Source: a virus (Duplodnaviria > Caudoviricetes). From it: a stretch of DNA of 57,208 nt. Positions 39,047 through 47,430 of this stretch are shown here, piece by piece. Position 1 is the stretch's first letter; the number at the start of each line of letters is the position of its first letter. The stretch spans positions 1-57,208 of IMG/VR virus record IMGVR_UViG_3300013093_000054; one strand, written 5' to 3'. The position numbers and the translations under genes were made by a program. The notes under the pieces were generated by a model that was given only the letters and a program-made list of their open reading frames with translations, made no database searches and was not told where the DNA came from.

Positions 39047-40105
39047 ATGTTAAACAATGATCAGATCGCCCAGGTCAAGGGCTTACTTAAGTTCGGCCAT
39101 AAACAGCATGACATCGCTGCATACTTTGGCGTTAACGGCGGCAGAATTGCTGAAGTTAGCACAGGTAAAGTTGGAGCAGGTATAGCTCCTGCAAAAGCTG
39201 AGAACCTCCCAAACATAAATCATCAAAAAGTTAGATATTTCACAACAAAACAATCAGTTAAGGAGCAAGAAGAAATTCTTGCAGACTTGATTGAACGCCC
39301 TAGCGAGGCAGCTCGCGTATATACAATTTCACCCGAGCTGGCTGAAATCATACTTGAAAAAAGAAATGGCGGTAATCGCCAGCCAAGTTCAAAGAAGATT
39401 GCTGAATACATTGAGGCAATGAACGAAAATCGTTGGCCAATCACCGGGGCAACGATTGTGTTTTCTAAATCAGGTTTCCTTCTTGACGGTCAACACCGTT
39501 TGCTTGCCTGCGTGAGATCTCAAATACCATTAAAAACATTTGTGGTATTTGGAATTGATGATGGAGCTTTTACGCTTATTGATATTGGTCGTAAAAGAAC
39601 AAACGTTGATGCTTTTGCCATTGCTAAGGTTCAAAACTCAAGAGTTGCGGCCAAGGTAACAAGATGGCTTGTTATTTTTGATAATGATCCTAATGATCGC
39701 GGAATTACATTATCAAATGACGAAGCTCTACGTTGGTATAATGACCATGTAGATAAGAAATTGTTTGAAGAATGTGTTCGACTTTCTATTCAAATAGAAA
39801 AAGAAACAAAGGCGCGAAGGACGGCACTTCCTTGCGGGTCAATGGGTGCTATGCTGTATCTATTTGCAAAAAAATCAAAGAAAGATATGCAAGAATTTGC
39901 AAGTCTTTTTATTGCGCATAAAGGTGCAGCAAGAACATGCTCTATTGTTCTTAAAGAAGCTATGCATAAAAGTGGTGGTCGTATACACGAAGTGTATCGT
40001 AACGCTGTTATTGTATTAGCTTGGAATGCTTTCCGAGAAGGAAAAAGAACTTCGTCAGCTACATTAGAATGGACTGGCGAAAAAGATTTTCCAGTAATCA
40101 AGTAA
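39047..40105 (+). CDS. HTH + ParB-like (DGQHR) domain protein
   Basis: N-terminal QHDIAAYFGVNGGRIAEV HTH; GNRQPS...W..TG..IVF...LLDGQHRL...ID.GRKRT. Confidence 0.7.
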   Translation: MLNNDQIAQVKGLLKFGHKQHDIAAYFGVNGGRIAEVSTGKVGAGIAPAKAENLPNINHQKVRYFTTKQSVKEQEEILADLIERPSEAARVYTISPELAEIILEKRNGGNRQPSSKKIAEYIEAMNENRWPITGATIVFSKSGFLLDGQHRLLACVRSQIPLKTFVVFGIDDGAFTLIDIGRKRTNVDAFAIAKVQNSRVAAKVTRWLVIFDNDPNDRGITLSNDEALRWYNDHVDKKLFEECVRLSIQIEKETKARRTALPCGSMGAMLYLFAKKSKKDMQEFASLFIAHKGAARTCSIVLKEAMHKSGGRIHEVYRNAVIVLAWNAFREGKRTSSATLEWTGEKDFPVIK

Positions 40106-40114
40106 AACAAACTA

Positions 40115-40140
40115 GGCGGGGGAAACCCCGCCATTTTTCT
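40115..40140 (+). terminator. Intrinsic terminator
   Basis: GGCGGGG-GAAA-CCCCGCC followed by ATTTTTCT. Confidence 0.7.
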
Positions 40141-40157
40141 CACTTTATGAGGATGCT

Positions 40158-41291
40158 ATGCGCGAATACGATATTCACTCACTATCTTTGATATTTCCTC
40201 CAATGAGTAAAGGTGATTTTGATCAACTTGCTTCTGATATATCTTCAAACGGTTTGCTTGAACCGATTACTCTTTATGAGGATCAAATACTTGATGGCCG
40301 TAATAGATATAGAGCTTGTGTTAATACGGGTGTTTCTCCAAAGTTTGTAGATTACGAAGGTGATGATCCTCTTACATTTGTCATTTCAAAAAATTTATCC
40401 CGCCGCCATTTAGATGAATCTCAACGTGCGATGGTTGCCGCTCGTTTAGCAAACATGAAACAGCATTCTAATCAATATAATAATGGTCAGGCAAATTTGC
40501 CGGACCACATTTCTCAAAAGAATGCAGCTGAAAAATTAAATGTCGGAGATAGATCCGTTCGCAGTGCTAGAAAAGTTATCGAAAGCGGCGACAAGAATTT
40601 AATTCAGGCAGTAGAAAATGGATCAATAGCTGTATCAGTTGCTGAAAAGATTGCTCGCCTTGATCCAGAAGAAAGAGAGCAAGTTATATCTGCATCTCGT
40701 CCAGAACAGGCGATTAAAAAAGCTACGCGTCAAAAGAAAGAAGTTGAGTTGGCGCAACGTCAAACTGCTTTACCGCAAAAAAAATACGGCGTTATTTATG
40801 CAGATCCTGAATGGAAGTTTGAAACATTTTCTGAAAATGGCATGGACCGTTCAGCCGATAATCATTACCCAACAAGCGTAACTGATGATATTTGCCAACG
40901 TCCTGTTTGGGAAATAGCCGCAGAAGATAGCGTTCTATTTCTTTGGGCAACAGTGCCAATGATTAAGGATGCCTTTAAAGTAATGGACGCATGGGGATTC
41001 ACTTATAAGTCTCAAGCCATATGGGTAAAGGACCGTATAGGAACAGGTTATTGGTTCCGTAATAAACATGAAATACTTCTTGTTGGCACTAAAGGTAAAA
41101 TACCCGCGCCAGCAATGGGTGATCAATTTAATTCAATAATTGAAGCACCTCTTGGCGCACATAGTGAAAAGCCAAAAGTTTTTCATGAAATGATTGAAGC
41201 ATATTTCCCAACACTTCCAAAAATAGAATTAAACGCGAGAGATGCGCGTGAAGGTTGGGATATTTGGGGCTATGAAGCTCCAATAAAATAA
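40158..41291 (+). CDS. ParB-N + HTH + MT-A70-family adenine methyltransferase fusion
   Basis: GLLEPI...ILDGRNRYRAC...NL.RRHL..SQRA (ParB); AAEKLNVG.RSVR HTH; YGVIYADPEW, HYPT, LFLWAT, WGF.Y, GTGYWFRNKHE, HSEKP and ELNAR..REGW..WG.E (MT-A70). Confidence 0.9.
   Translation: MREYDIHSLSLIFPPMSKGDFDQLASDISSNGLLEPITLYEDQILDGRNRYRACVNTGVSPKFVDYEGDDPLTFVISKNLSRRHLDESQRAMVAARLANMKQHSNQYNNGQANLPDHISQKNAAEKLNVGDRSVRSARKVIESGDKNLIQAVENGSIAVSVAEKIARLDPEEREQVISASRPEQAIKKATRQKKEVELAQRQTALPQKKYGVIYADPEWKFETFSENGMDRSADNHYPTSVTDDICQRPVWEIAAEDSVLFLWATVPMIKDAFKVMDAWGFTYKSQAIWVKDRIGTGYWFRNKHEILLVGTKGKIPAPAMGDQFNSIIEAPLGAHSEKPKVFHEMIEAYFPTLPKIELNARDAREGWDIWGYEAPIK
40484..40512 (+). repeat. Copy 1 of 29-bp repeat (24 bp exact) containing palindrome GGCAAATTTGCC
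   Basis: TGGTCAGGCAAATTTGCCGGACCACATTT, inside the ParB-MTase coding sequence. Confidence 0.95.
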
Positions 41292-41319
41292 AAAAAACGA
41301 CGCCTTGTGGGGGCGTCGT
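41291..41319 (-). terminator. Hairpin with A-tract (minus-strand/bidirectional terminator-like)
   Basis: AAAAAAACGACGCC-TTGTGG-GGCGTCGTT. Confidence 0.5.
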
Positions 41320-41387
41320 TAAGGTGCTTAGAAACCAAGCTTCAAAGTTCTGGAACTTCGAAGAAGTGAACAGCGAAGGAAGTCGCT

Positions 41388-43652
41388 ATGACTGAAGAAT
41401 TTAATGAATTACCTTTAGAATGTCAATCATTTGATGATGAGTTTGCATCACTCATTGACTATGCAAAAATGTATAGAAGTCTGGGACTGCAAGTTGTGCC
41501 GGCCATATCGCCATCAAGCGGCAAGAACTGGAAAAGACCTGCCCTTCCCACCTGGAAAGAGTTTACACATCAGCTTGCAAGCGATGAACAGTTTGAACAG
41601 TTCTTTGCAGGTCATGCTAATTTAACTAATATTGGCCTACTTACCGGCCCATGTTCTAATAACCTATTCATTGTTGATTTAGACATACACAAGAACCCTA
41701 ATGCAATGGTCTGGTGGGAAGGTATTCACGCCGACCACAATGCCGGAATTATGTCTGAGGCCCCTACCCAAAGAACGGGCGGCGGCGGCTTGCAGATGCT
41801 TTTCTTTGCTCCAAAGGGCTGGAACCCTCCAACAATCAAAACATCTATTGGCGTCGATATTAGAGGCGTTGGCGGCTTTGCGGTTGTCGCCCCTTCCCGT
41901 CATGAAGCGCAAGGAAGCGAATATGCGTGGATTGAAGGCCAAGAGCCATACACCATCCCCATTCCTGTAGCAGATACGTGGCTATGCCAGGAAGTCGACG
42001 CGCTGGCAGCTAAGTATGGCGGACACGTTACGAATGAAGCTGGCGAGAGGGTTAGGACTGAGACGCCTCAACATCAAACTGACGAATGGGGAAAGATCAT
42101 TGATGGTCGTGAAGACCGAATGTATCGCATGATCTGGAGGACAATGCTTGACCTCTACCGCGACTCTCCAATTATCCCAAGCGAAAGTGACCAAGTAAAA
42201 TTAAAAAAGGATCTATTTGATTCTTATGTTGAGTCAGTCGAGAGCCGCTTGCGTGAACCTGGAACGCCTAAGCATATGCTTCTTGAAAAAGAAGATCGCG
42301 GCATATCGATGTTTAATCTTAAATGGCGCGCTGCGGTTAAACAGTGGGATACAAAGGTAAGGGAACAGGCGGCAGAACCTTGGATCTACGACGAACATAA
42401 GCAGAACTACAATTTTAAAGAAAAAGTAGACTTCACCACCGATAACTCAGATGCCGTGAACGGAGAGGGAACACCAATCCGCCCCCCAGACCTTTTTAGA
42501 GTTTGGGACATAGATGATTTGGATAAACAACCGCCAGCTGTTTTTATATGGGATGGCATAGTTGTTGAGGGTGGATCACATTACTTTGCTGCTGCTCCAG
42601 GCATAGGGAAGACGTTTATCGGTCTTGGCCTAGCAGGAGCCATTGCGACAGGCATGGATAGCTTTCTTGGTAAGAAGGTCAATAGGCACGGGCTGGTGAT
42701 CTACATCACTACAGAGGGCTTATATGACCATAGGAAGCGTCTCAGGGCGTTTGAGAAGACGTATGGCGTGAAGGTGCCAAAAGAGAACTATCTTCTTATC
42801 CCAGATTCCATGAACCTTATGAATGAACGTGACCGCTCAAGGCTGATGCGGACATTGGCATGGGAAACAAAGATAAGAAACAAAATGCCCGTAATGGTCG
42901 TATTCGATACGGTCTCAAAAGTGACGCCTGGTGCTGACGAGAATACCCAGAAGGACACGACCCTTTTTATCAAGGCAAAGGCCGATATAAAGCAGGAGTT
43001 TAATTGCGCCGATCTTTGTATGCACCACCGTTCAAGAAATGGCGATGGGGCTATGCGTGGCTCAACAACCTATGAGGGCGAAGCAGACGGCATATACGTG
43101 TTTGAACGCGAGAAAGGATCAGAAGAACTTACCTTCACCGCTGCCAAGATTAAGGCCGCGCCAGACGGTTGGGACATGAAGGTGTTATTAAAGACCGTTG
43201 ATCTGGACAACTTAGATACGAGCCTTGTTGCCGTTCTCCCAGATGCTCCGGGTGTTAGAGAGAAACATGATTTTGGCGGCCAACAAGAGACCGGGTATAT
43301 CTTTGCAGCTGGCGTTAAGATGAGTGTGGCAGAACGAGATGAAATCCTAAGATCTGCCAAAGAAGCATGGGATGGTGGAGACCCATGGTCTATCGCTTCT
43401 CAAACAAAATATACCATGAGATATGCTCCAATATGGATTGAGAAGGTTCTTAAAAAAAGAATCAAAAACGATACACATGCTCTTTTGGTCGCCAGCGCGT
43501 TTGTCCAAATGGGCCTTTGGAGCAACGAATTAAGAAACTCAGATACAAAAATTAGAGGATTAAAGGTGTCTAATATGTATCAAAATGGCACAGAAAATAC
43601 ACGGAAGTCCTCAGATAGCAATAACAACGACTTCCGTGAGAATGAGGAATAA
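41388..43652 (+). CDS. Bifunctional primase-polymerase (Prim-Pol) fused to RepA/AAA_25-type helicase
   Basis: NIGLLTG, IVDLD, RTGGGG.Q, GVDIRG.GGF.VVAPSRH (Prim-Pol); AAPGIGKT Walker A, VVFDT Walker B, HH...MRGS. Confidence 0.9.
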   Translation: MTEEFNELPLECQSFDDEFASLIDYAKMYRSLGLQVVPAISPSSGKNWKRPALPTWKEFTHQLASDEQFEQFFAGHANLTNIGLLTGPCSNNLFIVDLDIHKNPNAMVWWEGIHADHNAGIMSEAPTQRTGGGGLQMLFFAPKGWNPPTIKTSIGVDIRGVGGFAVVAPSRHEAQGSEYAWIEGQEPYTIPIPVADTWLCQEVDALAAKYGGHVTNEAGERVRTETPQHQTDEWGKIIDGREDRMYRMIWRTMLDLYRDSPIIPSESDQVKLKKDLFDSYVESVESRLREPGTPKHMLLEKEDRGISMFNLKWRAAVKQWDTKVREQAAEPWIYDEHKQNYNFKEKVDFTTDNSDAVNGEGTPIRPPDLFRVWDIDDLDKQPPAVFIWDGIVVEGGSHYFAAAPGIGKTFIGLGLAGAIATGMDSFLGKKVNRHGLVIYITTEGLYDHRKRLRAFEKTYGVKVPKENYLLIPDSMNLMNERDRSRLMRTLAWETKIRNKMPVMVVFDTVSKVTPGADENTQKDTTLFIKAKADIKQEFNCADLCMHHRSRNGDGAMRGSTTYEGEADGIYVFEREKGSEELTFTAAKIKAAPDGWDMKVLLKTVDLDNLDTSLVAVLPDAPGVREKHDFGGQQETGYIFAAGVKMSVAERDEILRSAKEAWDGGDPWSIASQTKYTMRYAPIWIEKVLKKRIKNDTHALLVASAFVQMGLWSNELRNSDTKIRGLKVSNMYQNGTENTRKSSDSNNNDFRENEE

Positions 43653-43840
43653 TATCAATGCTTTACTATATTACGAAAGTCTCTAACTTCCGTAGTGGTT
43701 TGTTCCGTATCTACAGTATCAAAAACGTTATTGAAAATAAAGGGTTTTTATACGGAAGTAAGACACGGAAGTTACCCCCCTGTTCCCTACGGGAACTACC
43801 CCCCGCTCGCGCTGCGCGCCTTGAGGGCGCTCGCGCTCGC
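43599..43840. repeat. Iteron-like ACGGAAGT cluster and GC-rich hairpins: probable replication origin
   Basis: ACGGAAGT at 43601, 43752 and 43765; inverted at 43630 and 43686; variants at 43673 and 43703; AT-rich spacer 43711-43751; GTTCCC-TAC-GGGAAC and a GC-rich stem after it. Confidence 0.65.
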
Positions 43841-43918
43841 CAAATTGAAATGGCTCTTGACGGCAAAACGAAATGGCGATACGGATATCGGCATTCGTAT
43901 GATTGATATTAGTATTTT

Positions 43919-43947
43919 TGGTTAGGCAAATTTGCCGGACCACATTT
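43919..43947 (+). repeat. Copy 2 of 29-bp repeat (24 bp exact) containing palindrome GGCAAATTTGCC
   Basis: TGGTTAGGCAAATTTGCCGGACCACATTT, intergenic, just upstream of the RBS of the 43961 gene. Confidence 0.95.
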
Positions 43948-43960
43948 AGGATTGATATAC

Positions 43961-44644
43961 ATGGCATCCAAACCTAAAATCAAAAAGTCAAACGTCGACC
44001 GTGGCGTAGTCGTATCGGAATATACGTCGGTCCCATGGATGGTCACTCCTGGAGCTTACTTGGCTGGCAGAGCGGCGCTTGATGAGGCCGACGCGCTTGA
44101 AGTTGAGTTTGAGTTGAAGTGGGGCAGGGATCGGCTTCGGCTTCTTGTCGATACGGCTCTCAGAGAGAAGTTTGACCGGCAGCGCTACCTCACCAGCCAA
44201 GCACGGTGGACAGGCACGCTGGAGGACGTCCAACGCGAAGGTAAGCGTATGGCAGCGGCGTGGAAGGCGTTAGACAAGGCGGCGACAGCGGCAGGCGCTA
44301 AAGTCCTCGACCCTTCCATTTGGGAGGTGACGCTTGAGGATGGCACAGTCGCCACACTTGTCCGCGAACCACAACTAGCCAACCGCGTTCTGGCAGACGG
44401 CAGAAGAATTAACGTCTACACGCTGGAAGAAATAGCCAATATGATTTCGGCCTTTCCAGAAGTCGTGAAGGCAAAAAGAGAGTTTGCAGGGGCAACTGTA
44501 ACGCGGACAAAGTCTAGCGTAATTGACCCTCTTGATATGCCTACAGGCGGAAAAAACTCAGAAGGAATATTTGATGCTACTGCTCCTATAGATGGACCAC
44601 CTGAAGGCTTTGACTGGGAAAAGGGTGATGATATACCGTTTTGA
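43961..44644 (+). CDS. Conserved phage hypothetical protein
   Basis: KWGRDRLRLLVD..LREKFDRQ; ends in DDIPF (SSB-like acidic tail). Confidence 0.65.
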   Translation: MASKPKIKKSNVDRGVVVSEYTSVPWMVTPGAYLAGRAALDEADALEVEFELKWGRDRLRLLVDTALREKFDRQRYLTSQARWTGTLEDVQREGKRMAAAWKALDKAATAAGAKVLDPSIWEVTLEDGTVATLVREPQLANRVLADGRRINVYTLEEIANMISAFPEVVKAKREFAGATVTRTKSSVIDPLDMPTGGKNSEGIFDATAPIDGPPEGFDWEKGDDIPF

Positions 44645-44667
44645 TATACAAACTGATGGAGATCGAT

Positions 44668-44853
44668 ATGAAAGTGAAAGACTCTTACCTCTACGTAGCC
44701 GTTTCAATAGATAAGATCCTAAAGAAGAAAATGGCGGAATTGTATGACGCAGAGTTTGAAGGTGACGCCAAAAAGGTTGAAGATTTAAACGAGGAAATAA
44801 AAAAGTATAAGACCATGTGGTCTGTTGGCGAACGATATGAAACGAACTTTTAA
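44668..44853 (+). CDS. Hypothetical protein
   Basis: ATG behind GGAGATCGAT. Confidence 0.55.
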   Translation: MKVKDSYLYVAVSIDKILKKKMAELYDAEFEGDAKKVEDLNEEIKKYKTMWSVGERYETNF

Positions 44854-44863
44854 GGAGTGAAAC

Positions 44864-45040
44864 ATGGCAGAGGAAGAGATTATACCGCAGGTCGAAAAGA
44901 TTTACGACTTTTTACCTAATCAAGATATTGGCGTTGCTGACATAGCGGCAATTTGGACAGCGGCTCAACTGGCGGTCGGTGAAGCCATTTATGAAAAACT
45001 GCCAGACAAAACAAAAGTTCACTTCTCAGAGCGCAAATAA
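44864..45040 (+). CDS. Small hypothetical protein (58 aa), absent from the ORF track
   Basis: AAGGAG RBS; MAEEEIIPQVEKIYDFLPNQDIG... Confidence 0.6.
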   Translation: MAEEEIIPQVEKIYDFLPNQDIGVADIAAIWTAAQLAVGEAIYEKLPDKTKVHFSERK

Positions 45041-45068
45041 AAATAAGGGGGCACTTAGCCCCCTTTTT
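45041..45068. terminator. Bidirectional intrinsic terminator
   Basis: AAATAAGGGGGC-ACTTA-GCCCCCTTTTT between convergent genes. Confidence 0.75.
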
Positions 45069-45294
45069 AGTCTATCAGTTCACGTAATTCGTTTTCTACT
45101 TTTGGCAACAGCCACCCTTGATCAATTACTCCTTCGTCCATGCCAATCATAAAAATGGATACAAGGCGAGGGATAGGGTAAGCGCCAGTAAGCCAGCTTC
45201 TAACCTGGCGATCCGTCACGCCCACAATCGTTGCTAAGTCCGAGTTGCTGAGATTTTGATTGACCATAATGCTTTTCAAATACTTGGGCGTCAT
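45067..45294 (-). CDS. XRE/Cro-like HTH protein
   Basis: LSNSDLATIVGVTDRQVRSWLTG.YPIP. Confidence 0.75.
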   Translation of the reverse strand: MTPKYLKSIMVNQNLSNSDLATIVGVTDRQVRSWLTGAYPIPRLVSIFMIGMDEGVIDQGWLLPKVENELRELID

Positions 45295-45451
45295 AGCCTA
45301 ATCCTCGTGAGATAAGATATTGAACAACGTCTTGCTCGGTCCAATTGTAATTTGGAACGTCGTAAGGTCGGTTGGTTAAAACACAGAACACGCGCCACAA
45401 TGTAGGGTTGTGCTCATAGCAAGGTTCAAGCGTGGCAAGTATGTATGTCAT
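45200..45451 (-). CDS. Hypothetical protein
   Basis: ATG behind GGAGG; 3' end overlaps the HTH gene. Confidence 0.45.
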   Translation of the reverse strand: MTYILATLEPCYEHNPTLWRVFCVLTNRPYDVPNYNWTEQDVVQYLISRGLGYDAQVFEKHYGQSKSQQLGLSNDCGRDGSPG

Positions 45452-45452
45452 A

Positions 45453-45785
45453 TCAATCCTCCAGATAATCAGGTGCGTTATACTCTTCGCCAATTTTAGT
45501 TAAGATGTGGTCTTCGTAGTCTTTTATTAAACGTTCCTCAATGAGATCCCAAAGAGGGTTAGCGCCATCAAGATTAAGCTTCGACCCTTTTGGCGTCTCA
45601 TGGTCAATCAGAATGGCCTTGATGCTATATGAGAAGCCGTCTTGGTATCCTGAGTAGGCGTCACCACCGTCATAATACCAATCTATCTCGGCTTCGCCAT
45701 GAACGAACAGGCAGTATTCTGGATAAGGTTGCAGCTCTTCAAAAGAATACATGATGCTGCCGCTATCTGATCTACGTCTACGCAT
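45453..45785 (-). CDS. Acidic hypothetical protein
   Basis: ATG behind GGAGATTGAC. Confidence 0.6.
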   Translation of the reverse strand: MRRRRSDSGSIMYSFEELQPYPEYCLFVHGEAEIDWYYDGGDAYSGYQDGFSYSIKAILIDHETPKGSKLNLDGANPLWDLIEERLIKDYEDHILTKIGEEYNAPDYLED

Positions 45786-45796
45786 GTCAATCTCCA

Positions 45797-45928
45797 TTAG
45801 AAGGGGAATAAAACGAAAGTTATTGCAGCAAAAATCAAAGCTCCAATCAAAGGTGGACGGTCATCAGAGTCAGATCCGAAGTAGCTGGCCATAATGATAA
45901 GAGCTGCGGAAAGCCCAAGAATGTGCAT
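45797..45928 (-). CDS. Small two-TM membrane protein
   Basis: MHILGLSAALIIMASYFGSDSDDRPPLIGALIFAAITFVLFPF behind GGAGATCGAT. Confidence 0.55.
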   Translation of the reverse strand: MHILGLSAALIIMASYFGSDSDDRPPLIGALIFAAITFVLFPF

Positions 45929-45941
45929 ATCGATCTCCTGT

Positions 45942-46055
45942 TTATTTAATGTTAAATTGCATGACGAACCAAACGACGAATATACCAAACCATAACGGCC
46001 AGAGATAAACTGCGGCGCAAATGAATAAGGCGAGAGCTGTTTCCATGATCATCAT
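45942..46055 (-). CDS. Small hydrophobic protein (about 37 aa), absent from the ORF track
   Basis: MMIMETALALFICAAVYLWPLWFGIFVVWFVMQFNIK fills the gap in the operon. Confidence 0.4.
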   Translation of the reverse strand: MMIMETALALFICAAVYLWPLWFGIFVVWFVMQFNIK

Positions 46056-46087
46056 CCAATGTGAGAGAAGTGAGGGGAAGTATCCCC

Positions 46088-46375
46088 TCAAGCTGCTACA
46101 GCTGTTTTAGAAGAAAGTTTAACGCGGATGGTCGTAACCAAAGACGTTGAGCTGCAAGCTGTGATCTGAGCTGGCGTCAGGAGCTCCTTGACCTTTTTGT
46201 TGTCAAGAGTTGAGCGCTCTGACAAGCCGATGGTGACGGTGAAGTTTGTGCCAACGATCTCTTCTACGCCTGTGGCTTTGATCTCAGCTTTTACTTCGTC
46301 AAGCTTCTTGGCCCATGCGTCAGCTTCTGCTTTGATCTGGGCGTAACGGTCAGCGAGGTTGTTGAAGTTAGACAT
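46088..46375 (-). CDS. Coiled-coil hypothetical early protein
   Basis: MSNFNNLADRYAQIKAE...; GGAG RBS; first gene after the leftward promoter. Confidence 0.65.
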   Translation of the reverse strand: MSNFNNLADRYAQIKAEADAWAKKLDEVKAEIKATGVEEIVGTNFTVTIGLSERSTLDNKKVKELLTPAQITACSSTSLVTTIRVKLSSKTAVAA

Positions 46376-46407
46376 TGTGAATCTCCGTTTCAATCTCAAT
46401 TCGATGA

Positions 46408-46530
46408 GTGGAAGATACTTCCACGAATAGAGGTTGTCAAGCACAAAAAGGAAAAAATTTCCAAAATAATTTAAAATAATTTGTTTACAGATAAGATGTT
46501 GACAACAGCCAATGGTTTATAAGATATTGC
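46408..46530. promoter_or_regulatory. Divergent promoters with palindromic operator
   Basis: Minus strand TTGACA-17-TATCTT (46440 to 46412) overlapped by GTGGAAG-ATA-CTTCCAC; plus-strand TTGACA at 46499; AT-rich spacer with AAAATAATTT x2. Confidence 0.6.
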
Positions 46531-46581
46531 GTCGTTGCCGTTGGCAGCTTAAATATCGATATTGAAATGGAAGGATCAGAT

Positions 46582-46911
46582 ATGACGAACAACCAGTTGC
46601 AAGCCATTGTCAGTCGCATAGAAAGCCTTGAAGAAGAAAAGGCCAATATTGCGGAAGACATCAAAAGCATCTACGCAGAGGCTAAAGGAAATGGCTTTGA
46701 CACCAAGATCATTAAAAAGATTATCTCGCTACGCAAGCAAGATGCGACTAAGCGCGCTGAAGAACAGGCTCTCATTGCCACTTATATGGACGCTCTGGGG
46801 ATGCTGGCAGACCTACCCTTGGGGAAGGCGGCGTTGGCTTCTGCGAAAGCTCCGAGAGCAGCGGCTGCGTCATCTTACGAAAACTTAGACGACGATTCCG
46901 ATTTTATCTGA
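46582..46911 (+). CDS. gapR: GapR / DUF2312 nucleoid-associated protein homolog
   Basis: LQAIVSRIESLEEEKANIAEDIKSIYAEAKGNGFDTKIIKKIISLRK...EEQALI.TY..ALGM. Confidence 0.9.
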   Translation: MTNNQLQAIVSRIESLEEEKANIAEDIKSIYAEAKGNGFDTKIIKKIISLRKQDATKRAEEQALIATYMDALGMLADLPLGKAALASAKAPRAAAASSYENLDDDSDFI

Positions 46912-46968
46912 TTTAACTAAAAGACTGGGATGTGTTATCATGTCCCAGTTTTCACAGTGTGGTTTGAT

Positions 46969-47430
46969 ATGAGCGAAGAGGTCAAACAAAAACGCCCAGT
47001 TGGAAGGCCGAGCAAATATGATCCGGCCTTTTGTGATGCCGTTTTGGAAATGGCCGCTGACGGAAAAGGTTGGGCTCATTACGCTTCAAAGTTCGGAATT
47101 GATCGTCCTACGCTTTACGATTGGGCCGCAAAACACGAAGAATTTTCGACAGCTTTAACGCGTGCGAAGGTTTTGGAGCAGGAATGGTGGGAAGAACAAG
47201 CCCGTTCCAACCTGAAATCAAAAGAGTTTAACGCTAATCTTTGGATCAAATCTGCGTCTGCTCGTTTCCGCGATGACTACACAGAACGCAAGGAAACGCA
47301 GCTTACTGGCGCTAATGGCGGCGCGATCCAGGTTGAGACGACAAAAAAGCTTAACATAAATGAGTTAGACCCAGAGCAGCGTGATGTGTTGAAGCAAGCG
47401 TTACTGGCTGCGAAGGGTGCAAAAAAATGA
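46969..47430 (+). CDS. terS: Terminase small subunit
   Basis: GRPSKY, HTH (FGIDRPTLYDWAAKHEEF..A), LTGANGGAIQ; upstream of TerL. Confidence 0.8.
   Translation: MSEEVKQKRPVGRPSKYDPAFCDAVLEMAADGKGWAHYASKFGIDRPTLYDWAAKHEEFSTALTRAKVLEQEWWEEQARSNLKSKEFNANLWIKSASARFRDDYTERKETQLTGANGGAIQVETTKKLNINELDPEQRDVLKQALLAAKGAKK

Noticed and set aside
43658-43967. Three overlapping short ORFs after the primase-helicase
   Set aside because: They overlie the iteron/hairpin region and lack RBSs and protein-like features.
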